DNA of 63,759 nucleotides, filler included, from Lama guanicoe (lineage: Eukaryota), in assembly GCA_013239625.1 (NCBI GenBank). It is 211 parts of 211 records of this genome, joined end to end, with 100 filler letters (N's around TTAATTAATTAA, not from the genome) between each part and the next. Parts side by side here need not be neighbours in the genome. Positions count along the whole stretch, not along the records: positions 50,529 to 50,731 come from PNXV01031809.1; positions 50,832 to 51,034 come from PNXV01031810.1; positions 51,135 to 51,337 come from PNXV01031811.1; positions 51,438 to 51,640 come from PNXV01031812.1; positions 51,741 to 51,943 come from PNXV01031813.1; positions 52,044 to 52,246 come from PNXV01031814.1; positions 52,347 to 52,549 come from PNXV01031815.1; positions 52,650 to 52,852 come from PNXV01031816.1; 203 more parts are not named here. The stretch is one strand, 5' to 3'. Each line of letters opens with the position of its first letter. The stretch's first letter is position 1. The position numbers were made by a program, and so were the translations under genes. Of the stretch, positions 50,429-61,941 are shown one piece after another. The notes beneath the pieces are model-generated. The model was not told the origin of the DNA, did not search any database, and saw nothing but the letters and a program-made list of their open reading frames with translations.

Positions 50429-51437
50429 NNNNNNNNNNNNNNNNNNNNNNNNNNNNNNNNNNNNNNNNNNNNTTAATTAATTAANNNNNNNNNNNNNNNN
50501 NNNNNNNNNNNNNNNNNNNNNNNNNNNNCTGAGAATTGACGAGGTATCGATGTGCTAGACACTGTGAAGGTGTGTCCGGGAGAATGAAAGACGTAAGTCC
50601 AGTTAACTGCTCCGTGTTTTATTTAGAAAGGAACAGGATCGTGAGGCAGTCCCCGTCTGGATAAAGAGACACAGGAGCTCCGATCCCCAGCTGCCACTTC
50701 TTAAGGAACTTCTTTAAGGATGTCTCGTTTCNNNNNNNNNNNNNNNNNNNNNNNNNNNNNNNNNNNNNNNNNNNNTTAATTAATTAANNNNNNNNNNNNN
50801 NNNNNNNNNNNNNNNNNNNNNNNNNNNNNNNTTATATTTGTATGTATATTGTATGGATTTAGTCTGTTTTTCTATTACAAGAACTCAAAAGTATAAATAT
50901 ATAGATGTTTTATTTGTAGTTTCATAACACAGCCCTATGCACATGCTGGATGTTCAAGTAAAGCCATGAATTCACTGTCTCTAAGACATTAAAAAAATTA
51001 ATAAAATTTATGATAATTCTGATGTGGAAAAACTNNNNNNNNNNNNNNNNNNNNNNNNNNNNNNNNNNNNNNNNNNNNTTAATTAATTAANNNNNNNNNN
51101 NNNNNNNNNNNNNNNNNNNNNNNNNNNNNNNNNNTTATTAAACTGATAGTAACATGATCTCAAGCCCATCCTACCAAGAACAAAATATTAAAAAAGAAAG
51201 GAAAAAAGTAGTCTATCTTTTCCTGGCTCCCTCTCCCAATCTCAATGTTTTGTATGTCTCCTTTTATAATTTCGTGTTTATTTTGTTGGCAATTCATGAG
51301 TTATCACCTTTCCAGTTGTGAGTTTCTCATTTCTGTANNNNNNNNNNNNNNNNNNNNNNNNNNNNNNNNNNNNNNNNNNNNTTAATTAATTAANNNNNNN
51401 NNNNNNNNNNNNNNNNNNNNNNNNNNNNNNNNNNNNN

Positions 51438-51640
51438 CAATCTGTTGAAAGGGGCATGAGTTGCTTGTGCTCTTGCGTGATGTGCTAGGAATCCAAAGAT
51501 TTCAAGTCCCTGACTGCTCTTTCATGTTGGCCAATTCTTAGAGCTCTGGTCTTATGAGTAACGTTGAGGAATGACGTACTGTGTCCCTCTGAGACAAAAA
51601 TTAGCCTTACTTGCTGCTCTCTATGGAAGCAATGGATTTC
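51438..51640 (+). mobile_element. LTR40-like ERVL LTR fragment
   Basis: ccctgactgctcttt...ttgaggaatgacgtactgtgtccctctgagacaaaa...cttacttgctgc...aagcaatggatttc. Confidence 0.5.
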
Positions 51641-52044
51641 NNNNNNNNNNNNNNNNNNNNNNNNNNNNNNNNNNNNNNNNNNNNTTAATTAATTAANNNN
51701 NNNNNNNNNNNNNNNNNNNNNNNNNNNNNNNNNNNNNNNNTACTGATTTCTGGCCTCCGGGGTCTGGGCCTCCAGCTGATGGAGCTTCCTGCGGGAAAGT
51801 AGCCGACACCCTCAGTTCACTGCCTGCTTTCTTTTTAAACGTGTGTTCCAGTCCTCTTTCCCTCCCTCCATCTCAGTGATTTGGGTCCACCGTGTAGGTA
51901 CCGGGCATGGGGCTGCCAGGGTAGGGCCCCTCCCCAGGGAGCANNNNNNNNNNNNNNNNNNNNNNNNNNNNNNNNNNNNNNNNNNNNTTAATTAATTAAN
52001 NNNNNNNNNNNNNNNNNNNNNNNNNNNNNNNNNNNNNNNNNNNG

Positions 52045-52246
52045 TGAAGGGAGCAGGGCACAGTTATTCAAGGAATGACAGCAATTAACACCGAAATGGT
52101 AGAAGATTCAACTCCCACTAGGCCTTGAAGATTGAGATGGCCGGAGGTTGGACTTCTAGTAGACCTTGAGCTTCATTATATACTCATCTTAACATATTAG
52201 CATGATAAATACCATTCCTACAGGCACCATGACAGTCACAAGGCTA
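52045..52246 (+). mobile_element. ERV1 LTR, 5' end
   Basis: Starts TG (tgaagggagcagggcac); cattatatactcatcttaacatattagcatg...ggcaccatgacagt resembles MER4/MER41-group LTRs. Confidence 0.55.
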
Positions 52247-54770
52247 NNNNNNNNNNNNNNNNNNNNNNNNNNNNNNNNNNNNNNNNNNNNTTAATTAATT
52301 AANNNNNNNNNNNNNNNNNNNNNNNNNNNNNNNNNNNNNNNNNNNNAGGAGAATAGTAAAATGAAAACCCAGGTATAGGTTAGGAAATAAGGGTATGTAG
52401 CTGAGCGGCCCTGATGGACTCCATCATAGTATGCTCCCATTTTCCTCAGCCTGAGGCATCCGCTTTCTTATTTAATATTAATAAGTCCCTTGCTTTTTTA
52501 AAAAAAAAGTAGTTTATTTCTGTCTTACTTGATTATTTTATTTTGGGGGNNNNNNNNNNNNNNNNNNNNNNNNNNNNNNNNNNNNNNNNNNNNTTAATTA
52601 ATTAANNNNNNNNNNNNNNNNNNNNNNNNNNNNNNNNNNNNNNNNNNNNGATGGCCACAGCAGGCAGAGGGAGCACCAGGGCCTCCCGGCCCCTCGCCTC
52701 ACGTAGGACCTCTGCCCAGAAGCTTTTATGACTGGACTTCTGCCTCGAGAAATCCCCCTGGGGGCTAACTGGGGAAGGTGGGCCTGCCTAAGAGCACGAA
52801 AGGGTCACTGCCTCAACCACACTCTTGAGGAAGGCCGTGTGGGGCAGGCGCCNNNNNNNNNNNNNNNNNNNNNNNNNNNNNNNNNNNNNNNNNNNNTTAA
52901 TTAATTAANNNNNNNNNNNNNNNNNNNNNNNNNNNNNNNNNNNNNNNNNNNNAAAGACACATTTAAAAAGGTATAATAGCAAAGATGATAGGGAAGGTTT
53001 TCTCTGATCGCTCAGCCAGTATTTATTAAATACAACTCCGAGTCAAACATTGTGTTAAATGCTAAAAGACAGTGTGGAGAGTTCATAGAAATCAGCAAAG
53101 AAAAGATAAGAGCCCTGGGGATGCTGGGGCTTTGGTCTGCTTCACTTAACACTTTNNNNNNNNNNNNNNNNNNNNNNNNNNNNNNNNNNNNNNNNNNNNT
53201 TAATTAATTAANNNNNNNNNNNNNNNNNNNNNNNNNNNNNNNNNNNNNNNNNNNNAAGATGCCTTAAAGCAGGCTGCTGGAAAACACTGGCTAAAAAAAC
53301 TTTTTCCCCTCATTTCTAAGTAGTACTCTTTATTCAGTCCAGGGAGTCATGAGGAGATGCTGCCTCAAACTTTGCCTCAGTTGTTTTTTCCCAAATTTCG
53401 TTCAACAACTAAGACCTTCTTGGATATTGCATAATACACACCAGCAGTCCCAAATCTTNNNNNNNNNNNNNNNNNNNNNNNNNNNNNNNNNNNNNNNNNN
53501 NNTTAATTAATTAANNNNNNNNNNNNNNNNNNNNNNNNNNNNNNNNNNNNNNNNNNNNCTTGTGCTGGTGTGACATTGGGCACAAGGGGGTTGCAGGGTG
53601 TGTGATCAAATTGTGCACAAGTTTCTGATTGGCTGATGTTGAGGTGACAGGGAAGGAAGGGTGCTGTGATGGGGGAGGAGACATTCGACTCTGGCAGGGG
53701 GCTGTCACCAGACCAGGTGGTCAGGCCTCCGGGCATCGTACAGCGTTCACTGTCCAGTGTANNNNNNNNNNNNNNNNNNNNNNNNNNNNNNNNNNNNNNN
53801 NNNNNTTAATTAATTAANNNNNNNNNNNNNNNNNNNNNNNNNNNNNNNNNNNNNNNNNNNNATTATAATTTTGATGACTGCCTTTGTTCTAAGAACACTT
53901 GTCATTCTTACGTTAGAGGTCCTTTTCTCTGCTCTTATTATTTCCTTTCTGATCTATGATTTTCTCTGATATACATCCCATTGACTTGACCTTCTCTTAT
54001 ACTTCTAAGAAATCTATAGCCAGCCCTTCACATGACTGATTTTCTTTTTCCATAGTAACCATTTNNNNNNNNNNNNNNNNNNNNNNNNNNNNNNNNNNNN
54101 NNNNNNNNTTAATTAATTAANNNNNNNNNNNNNNNNNNNNNNNNNNNNNNNNNNNNNNNNNNNNCTGAAAGTGCTGGAAGGGGTGGGCTGTGCACTTCAG
54201 GCTTAAAGGACTCATCGCATCATTTTCCTTTGATGGTGGACGGTTGAGAAGGAAGAAACACTTTCCTCTCTCTGAGATTATGCAGAGAAGGTGAGCTCCC
54301 TGCTTTCTGTCTGTTACAGAAAGAAAAAGGAACTATCTTCCTAAATGAAAGCGGGATGAATTTAGGANNNNNNNNNNNNNNNNNNNNNNNNNNNNNNNNN
54401 NNNNNNNNNNNTTAATTAATTAANNNNNNNNNNNNNNNNNNNNNNNNNNNNNNNNNNNNNNNNNNNNATGTCACAATCACCCTGTATTTCTAACCAATTT
54501 TTCTTGCCAGATGCGCCATCATCATAAAGTATTGTATTACAGCTTTTCCCACCAAAAAAAAAGAGAATTTATGACTTATCTTCTCTAAATAAAAACATCT
54601 GATTTATTAGGGTTTTAAAATCATTTTTTAAAAGGAGAATCTCTTTTAAAGCCAGGGTATGGGAAAAGCANNNNNNNNNNNNNNNNNNNNNNNNNNNNNN
54701 NNNNNNNNNNNNNNTTAATTAATTAANNNNNNNNNNNNNNNNNNNNNNNNNNNNNNNNNNNNNNNNNNNN

Positions 54771-54960
54771 CTTGAGTCTCTGCTTCTCTCTCCATCTCAC
54801 AGCCACCACCCTGTCCAAGCCACCATCATGACTACCTCAGTCTCCTCCAAGAGCTCATGGAGGCCACTTTTTCTCTCCTTTCCTGCCCACCCCACCAGAC
54901 ACACACATGCACACGTGCACATGCACACACACACACACACACACACAGTATTCTTCAAAT
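54771..54960 (+). repeat. L2 fragment carrying a (CA)n microsatellite (54899-54947)
   Basis: cttctctctccatctcacagccaccaccctgtccaagccaccatcat (L2), followed by a CA run. Confidence 0.75.
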
Positions 54961-55376
54961 AGCAGGCTGAGTANNNNNNNNNNNNNNNNNNNNNNNNNNN
55001 NNNNNNNNNNNNNNNNNTTAATTAATTAANNNNNNNNNNNNNNNNNNNNNNNNNNNNNNNNNNNNNNNNNNNNTGAATGGCTGTGTTACAATAGATGATG
55101 TTTTGCAAGAACATGGGGAAGTTATGTATCAACAGGCCATGTCTATCTCAAATTCTCTTACATGGGAGCTAGCAATTGGCAAATTCCAGAGAGAGGCATT
55201 TTCCACCAATTGCTACTTTAAAGACATCAGAATTAGTATGAAGTTAAGGAACAAGCTGCAAAAAGAATGAAGTGACNNNNNNNNNNNNNNNNNNNNNNNN
55301 NNNNNNNNNNNNNNNNNNNNTTAATTAATTAANNNNNNNNNNNNNNNNNNNNNNNNNNNNNNNNNNNNNNNNNNNN

Positions 55377-55579
55377 ATAATCTCCAAATATTTCCCCACA
55401 AAATACTAAAGCACAAAGGTGAAAATGGTGACAACAACATAATCAGATGATCAAAGTTCACTTCACCAGTAGCAGAGCACATCAGTGTGTTGTAGCCCTG
55501 ATGAAATGCACTGAGAAGAGCCAGCATCATTCGTGCTGTATTCCTGCTAAGGACACATGGCCAGAGTGTGCTCACAAGG
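55377..55579 (+). mobile_element. L1MC 3' UTR fragment
   Basis: atctccaaatatttccccacaaaatact...gatcaaagttcacttcaccagta...ctgatgaaatgcactgagaag...tgtattcctgc. Confidence 0.75.
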
Positions 55580-56007
55580 NNNNNNNNNNNNNNNNNNNNN
55601 NNNNNNNNNNNNNNNNNNNNNNNTTAATTAATTAANNNNNNNNNNNNNNNNNNNNNNNNNNNNNNNNNNNNNNNNNNNNATGAGGACAGCTGCACTGAGG
55701 CAGCCCCGGGGACTACAGGGGGCTGCACACTGTGGCTGTGGGTACACACGGCAGAACCACCTGGGCCCTCCATAAAACAGCACGGCTAATGTGCCCTGGG
55801 GGGAAGGATGCATACCCCCATCTCTGAAAACCTGCAGAAAGTTTTTGGGGGAAGAGAGGCAGGGTTCAGGCACAGCCACCATNNNNNNNNNNNNNNNNNN
55901 NNNNNNNNNNNNNNNNNNNNNNNNNNTTAATTAATTAANNNNNNNNNNNNNNNNNNNNNNNNNNNNNNNNNNNNNNNNNNNNTCTTTCTCTATCTCTTGC
56001 CCTACCT

Positions 56008-56185
56008 CACTGGTTCTCAATTGGGAGCAGTTTCTCCCCACTCTCCCAGTAGAGTTTTGGTAATGTCTGGAGTTATTTTTGGCATCAAAATGTGGAGGTA
56101 CTACTAGCGTCTAGTAGGTAGAGGGCAGGGATCTTGCTAAACATCCTGCGGTGTCCAGCGCAAGCCCCTACGACAGAGAAGTATC
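56008..56185 (+). mobile_element. MER20 hAT-Charlie DNA transposon
   Basis: cactggttctcaattggg...ttggtaatgtctggagttatttttgg...gcgtctagtaggtagagg..agggat..tgctaaacatcct. Confidence 0.9.
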
Positions 56186-56404
56186 NNNNNNNNNNNNNNN
56201 NNNNNNNNNNNNNNNNNNNNNNNNNNNNNTTAATTAATTAANNNNNNNNNNNNNNNNNNNNNNNNNNNNNNNNNNNNNNNNNNNNAAAGATTCAAGGTAA
56301 ACTAGTTCCATTCAAGTCTAGGGGAAAACAAAAGTTTAGGTTAAGTAATGAGTAGCAATATGATCTCTAGTAATTAAGACAATCTGTCTTAAATCATGAT
56401 AGGC

Positions 56405-56488
56405 TTCAGAGTCGCTAGGAACACATTAAAATGCAGATACTCTGGTTCTGCCCTGGGCAGGAGAAGGCCTGGGAACCTGCATCCTACC
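56405..56488. mobile_element. MER5-like hAT fragment
   Basis: ttaaaatgcagatactctgg...ggcctgggaacctgcat. Confidence 0.55.
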
Positions 56489-57194
56489 NNNNNNNNNNNN
56501 NNNNNNNNNNNNNNNNNNNNNNNNNNNNNNNNTTAATTAATTAANNNNNNNNNNNNNNNNNNNNNNNNNNNNNNNNNNNNNNNNNNNNAAGGTCAATGAA
56601 GACTTGCATCTTGGCAGTTATAAGGAAAAGGAGGTCCCGTATAAAGGCACAGGCCTGAAGTCAAGGTTAGGATCCCTTGAGAGACATTTAACGTCTTGAG
56701 TACTTTTCAAGTACTCTAATTGAGTTACTCAATTACTCAAGTACTTGGACTCTAATTGAGTTAAGTCCGTGTTAAATCAAAAACATCAACANNNNNNNNN
56801 NNNNNNNNNNNNNNNNNNNNNNNNNNNNNNNNNNNTTAATTAATTAANNNNNNNNNNNNNNNNNNNNNNNNNNNNNNNNNNNNNNNNNNNNATGAGGACA
56901 GCTGCACTGAGGCAGCCCCGGGGACTACAGGGGGCTGCACGCTGTGGCTGTGGGTACACAGGGCAGAACCACCTGGGCCCTCCATAAAACAGCACGGCTA
57001 ATGTGCCCTGTGGGGAAGGATGCATACCCCCATCTCTGAAAACCCGCAGAAAGTTTTTGGGGGAAGAGAGGCAGGGTTCAGGCACAGCCACCATNNNNNN
57101 NNNNNNNNNNNNNNNNNNNNNNNNNNNNNNNNNNNNNNTTAATTAATTAANNNNNNNNNNNNNNNNNNNNNNNNNNNNNNNNNNNNNNNNNNNN

Positions 57195-57396
57195 ATTTCT
57201 GGGTTCTATATTGTCTATTCTATATTCTAAATCCTGTGTTCTAAATTCCATGTTCTAAATTCTGGGTTCTATAATCTCTATACTGTATTCTATATTCTGT
57301 GTTCTACATTTTATATTCTTTATTCTATATTCAGTATTCTGTATTCAATATTCAAAAATCTGTTTTTTGCATACCATGTTCTAAATTCTCGGTTCT
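57195..57396. repeat. Degenerate 7-bp tandem repeat (RTTCTRN) with 14-bp higher-order periodicity
   Basis: gttctaa-attctgg, gttctat-attct.. and gttctaa-attccat units span the whole contig. Confidence 0.8.
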
Positions 57397-58102
57397 NNNN
57401 NNNNNNNNNNNNNNNNNNNNNNNNNNNNNNNNNNNNNNNNTTAATTAATTAANNNNNNNNNNNNNNNNNNNNNNNNNNNNNNNNNNNNNNNNNNNNAACG
57501 TTCACTCAGTGGATCTTCACTCTGACCCGTGGGGGTGTTGTTTCGAGGGTGGGGTCTGTGGAGGCCATGAGAGGTCCCACTTTATATCTGAGGCGCCCTC
57601 TCCCCACTCTGAGAGCTGCGGCCCACAGACAGCTGCAGAGCCCACTAACAATGCCAGGCTCAAAATAACTGCAGGACAGGGTGTGACACAAATAAGAAAN
57701 NNNNNNNNNNNNNNNNNNNNNNNNNNNNNNNNNNNNNNNNNNNTTAATTAATTAANNNNNNNNNNNNNNNNNNNNNNNNNNNNNNNNNNNNNNNNNNNNC
57801 CTGTCTTCCATCTGTGAAATTGGTGCAGTGATTTAAAAAGTGAATGTGGTTATAATCTTCTAAAGAACTTAAGGCTAACAAATACTCACTGAGCAACAAC
57901 TGTTTATCTACTGCTTATGTGACTGGGGCCATTTGTCTGTGGTTGAAATGTGCACCTTCTATTTGTAGACATTTTCTTACTGTCTTTCTGTCTCTAGAAA
58001 GANNNNNNNNNNNNNNNNNNNNNNNNNNNNNNNNNNNNNNNNNNNNTTAATTAATTAANNNNNNNNNNNNNNNNNNNNNNNNNNNNNNNNNNNNNNNNNN
58101 NN

Positions 58103-58305
58103 TTTCTCCATTTTGCTTTTTTATTTAGTTTATTTGTGTCCTCTATCTTTTCTTCTTTGTGTGTGTGGCCAGAAGTTTGTCAATTTTGTTCACTCTTTTG
58201 AAAAACTAGCTATTATTTTGATTGATTTTTTCTATATTTTAAAATCTCTATTTTACTGGTTTCTTCCCTGGTCTGTATTAATTCTCTGGTGTTGTCTGTC
58301 ACTTG
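58103..58305 (-). mobile_element. L1 ORF2 fragment
   Basis: tggccagaagtttgtcaattttgttcactcttttgaaaaactagct...ttgattgattttttcta. Confidence 0.85.
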
Positions 58306-59011
58306 NNNNNNNNNNNNNNNNNNNNNNNNNNNNNNNNNNNNNNNNNNNNTTAATTAATTAANNNNNNNNNNNNNNNNNNNNNNNNNNNNNNNNNNNNNNN
58401 NNNNNTGAGGCAGTTTAAACTACTGATAAGTAGTGGTATGTATGACAGCCTTTGTTTTTCAAACATGAAACAGAATAGAAACTGGTGTAGCTTGGCGATT
58501 GAAGAAAAAAGCTGAGTTCACTTTTTGTCTTCGTGGGCTAAGACCCTTGTTAAACAAACACTTTCTAAATTCAGAACTCTAGAGTCATCTTAAAAGTATC
58601 ATTTTGCGNNNNNNNNNNNNNNNNNNNNNNNNNNNNNNNNNNNNNNNNNNNNTTAATTAATTAANNNNNNNNNNNNNNNNNNNNNNNNNNNNNNNNNNNN
58701 NNNNNNNNATTAGATGAAAGGCCAAAGCAATGACATTTATTCGGTTTTATTTAACCCTGTCTTATGTCATGCCTGCCACATACAAAACATGGTTGTAAGT
58801 GCTTAACAAAAACTAATTTATGTGATTTTCATAGCAGCTTTTTAATATAGTCACTGTCCCTGTTTCACAAAGGAGAAAACTGAGGCACAGAAAGATTAAA
58901 TGACATGCCTTNNNNNNNNNNNNNNNNNNNNNNNNNNNNNNNNNNNNNNNNNNNNTTAATTAATTAANNNNNNNNNNNNNNNNNNNNNNNNNNNNNNNNN
59001 NNNNNNNNNNN

Positions 59012-59214
59012 GGGTCGGCCTTCCGCGACGGATGCTCACAGCCCGGCGGGCAGCCCACCCCCCGCGCCCGCGCGCTCCGGGCGAGCCCCAACTCACAGGC
59101 GCAACGGCGGGTCTGGGAAGGCGCTGGCCACGAGTTATCTTCACGGCCACGGGCGGCGGGCGGCCGGCGGCCAGCCAAGCGGTCTGGGCAGCGAGCGGCG
59201 AGCGCCAACGACAC
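59012..59214 (-). other. CpG-island first exon / intron 1 boundary
   Basis: Very CpG-dense; minus-strand donor CCT|GTGAGT (actcac at 59091-59096); no ATG in the exon part. Confidence 0.55.
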
Positions 59215-59920
59215 NNNNNNNNNNNNNNNNNNNNNNNNNNNNNNNNNNNNNNNNNNNNTTAATTAATTAANNNNNNNNNNNNNNNNNNNNNNNNNNNNNN
59301 NNNNNNNNNNNNNNCATTTCCCTGGGGAGTAAACCCTCTGTCTCTTGGTGAGGGTGGAGGGTTGAAAAGCCAGTACAAAGGATGAAGAAGGGACTGGGGG
59401 CCCATCCAGCCCATCACCCGGCCTCTCCTGGGCTCCCCGGAGCATCACCTTGCTGCTTCTGGGCATCTGTCCCCTCTAAGGGCACCTGGATGCCAGTGTC
59501 CTGCCCTCTGCTAGGTCNNNNNNNNNNNNNNNNNNNNNNNNNNNNNNNNNNNNNNNNNNNNTTAATTAATTAANNNNNNNNNNNNNNNNNNNNNNNNNNN
59601 NNNNNNNNNNNNNNNNNTCGGGTCGCCCTCCCCGCGAGCCCTCGGGCGGGCGGCCGGGGGCTGCTGTCCTCCTGTCCTGGTGCCCCCCTGCCCCACGGCT
59701 GGGGGCCTCGTGTGAATGATATAAACAGAGGCAGAAGGGAAACGAGAGAATAAACCAGGAGCCAACGGACATTGTCTTCCGCTGCCAAGACCTGGAGGAC
59801 TGTCACGATGCTGCCTTTGCNNNNNNNNNNNNNNNNNNNNNNNNNNNNNNNNNNNNNNNNNNNNTTAATTAATTAANNNNNNNNNNNNNNNNNNNNNNNN
59901 NNNNNNNNNNNNNNNNNNNN

Positions 59921-60123
59921 AACTGTTGGGTGGATCTCCGTGGATAAATCATGATGCTGAGTGAAAGCGGTCAGATAGAAAAACTGTATGTTTCCATTTA
60001 CATAAAACTGAGAAAATGCAAACTAACCTATTTTGACAGAAGGTGGACCAGCAGTTGTCTGTGATCAGCCAGGAGTGGAGGCAGGGATGGACCGCTGAGG
60101 GGAAGAGAAAACATTTTGGGGTG
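59921..60123 (+). mobile_element. L1MB/MC/ME 3' end fragment
   Basis: atgctgagtgaaag...ttccatttacataaaac...gaaaatgcaaactaacctattttgacagaag...gaaaacattttggggtg. Confidence 0.85.
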
Positions 60124-61838
60124 NNNNNNNNNNNNNNNNNNNNNNNNNNNNNNNNNNNNNNNNNNNNTTAATTAATTAANNNNNNNNNNNNNNNNNNNNN
60201 NNNNNNNNNNNNNNNNNNNNNNNGAAAAACCCCTTGTTGGACCACACCCCTTAGACATCTCCCTGGAGACCCAGTGTGTCTGGGGAGAACCTATAAAAGT
60301 AGGTGGTTGGGAGAACTTAGAGATTAATAATGTTTATGTGACCATACTGGTAAACCTTGGTAGTCAGAGTGGAAAGCCAGAGAAGAGAAGTTGTAAACTA
60401 GGAAATAAAGGTTGGGTAGAAGTTGGNNNNNNNNNNNNNNNNNNNNNNNNNNNNNNNNNNNNNNNNNNNNTTAATTAATTAANNNNNNNNNNNNNNNNNN
60501 NNNNNNNNNNNNNNNNNNNNNNNNNNTGCACTCATCTAACTCTCAGCGCATCACCTTCAATCCCATGTCTCCTGTACGCTTGAGAGTGTGGGTCTAAGTT
60601 AAACTGTTTCACCTTTGCTGTTCCATCACCATGGGTCAGACCCTGCACTGGTTTATATTCCCTGCTTTGCCTTCTCCTGCTCCAGGGGTTCTGAGGCCTC
60701 ATCCTGTCTTTGGAAGTAACAGACCTCTCNNNNNNNNNNNNNNNNNNNNNNNNNNNNNNNNNNNNNNNNNNNNTTAATTAATTAANNNNNNNNNNNNNNN
60801 NNNNNNNNNNNNNNNNNNNNNNNNNNNNNGTTGTTTTAACAATTTGCACATTCAATACTTCTGTAAAGACAGAAACTTAATCACTAAAGAAACTAAATGA
60901 CCCAGCCAGGATTCCAACAAAGGAATCATCTTTGTAAAATTAAAAACTTTTATGAGAATAAAAGCAGTCATGAAAGAATGCTGTCAAATGGACAGGGACA
61001 AAATTTATAATTACAAACAAAATACAGGAGGANNNNNNNNNNNNNNNNNNNNNNNNNNNNNNNNNNNNNNNNNNNNTTAATTAATTAANNNNNNNNNNNN
61101 NNNNNNNNNNNNNNNNNNNNNNNNNNNNNNNNCCCGGCTTCAAGACACGGGGTGGTCAGGGGTACTGGGGTGCCCGCTGTGGGGCCGTCACCTGCCCACA
61201 AGCGTCCTCGAACACTGGAACAGGAGGGGCCCTGAGGGGCTCTGCAACCTCCCAGGGTGGAGTTCAGAACGTGGATGTCTGCCTCAGGGGTACGATTTTA
61301 TGTCTCACCTGCGATTCCTTCCCCATAGACCCGAANNNNNNNNNNNNNNNNNNNNNNNNNNNNNNNNNNNNNNNNNNNNTTAATTAATTAANNNNNNNNN
61401 NNNNNNNNNNNNNNNNNNNNNNNNNNNNNNNNNNNATGAGCATGGTTGTGTCTCTTCTGTTCACTTGTGTGAGTGCAGGCAGGCTTGGTTGGGTTTAACC
61501 GGGGTTGTTGTGCCAAAGTGTGACAAAGCAAGAGAGATGAACAGGAGTTGAAGTTGTATGCAAGAGGAATGATTGTAATGATGAACTTCGGACTCCAACC
61601 TGATAAAGAAGGAAAGTGAGGGCATGTGTGGTGTGAGGNNNNNNNNNNNNNNNNNNNNNNNNNNNNNNNNNNNNNNNNNNNNTTAATTAATTAANNNNNN
61701 NNNNNNNNNNNNNNNNNNNNNNNNNNNNNNNNNNNNNNAGATCGCTCCAGACAGCGTCCCCTCCAGCTTCATCATGAAGGTAGAGAGCCAGACACTCTGC
61801 CCCAGTCGCTGATGATTTGATGGGCTCCGTCACTTCAG

Positions 61839-61941
61839 GAGAAAGTTGAAACACAGAGGCAGTGCTTCCGGTCGGAGTTTGAAAAATACCGAGGCTTCCT
61901 GGCCCTGGAGGAGCAACTGCAGCTCAGGAGACTGGAGGAGG
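61839..61941 (+). CDS. TRIM58: TRIM58 coiled-coil exon, 5' part
   Basis: Acceptor ctccgtcacttcag, then phase-0 EKVETQRQCFRSEFEKYRGFLALEEQLQLRRLEE; recalled human TRIM58 EKVEMQRQRFRLEFEKHRGFLAQEEQRQLRRLE. Confidence 0.85.
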
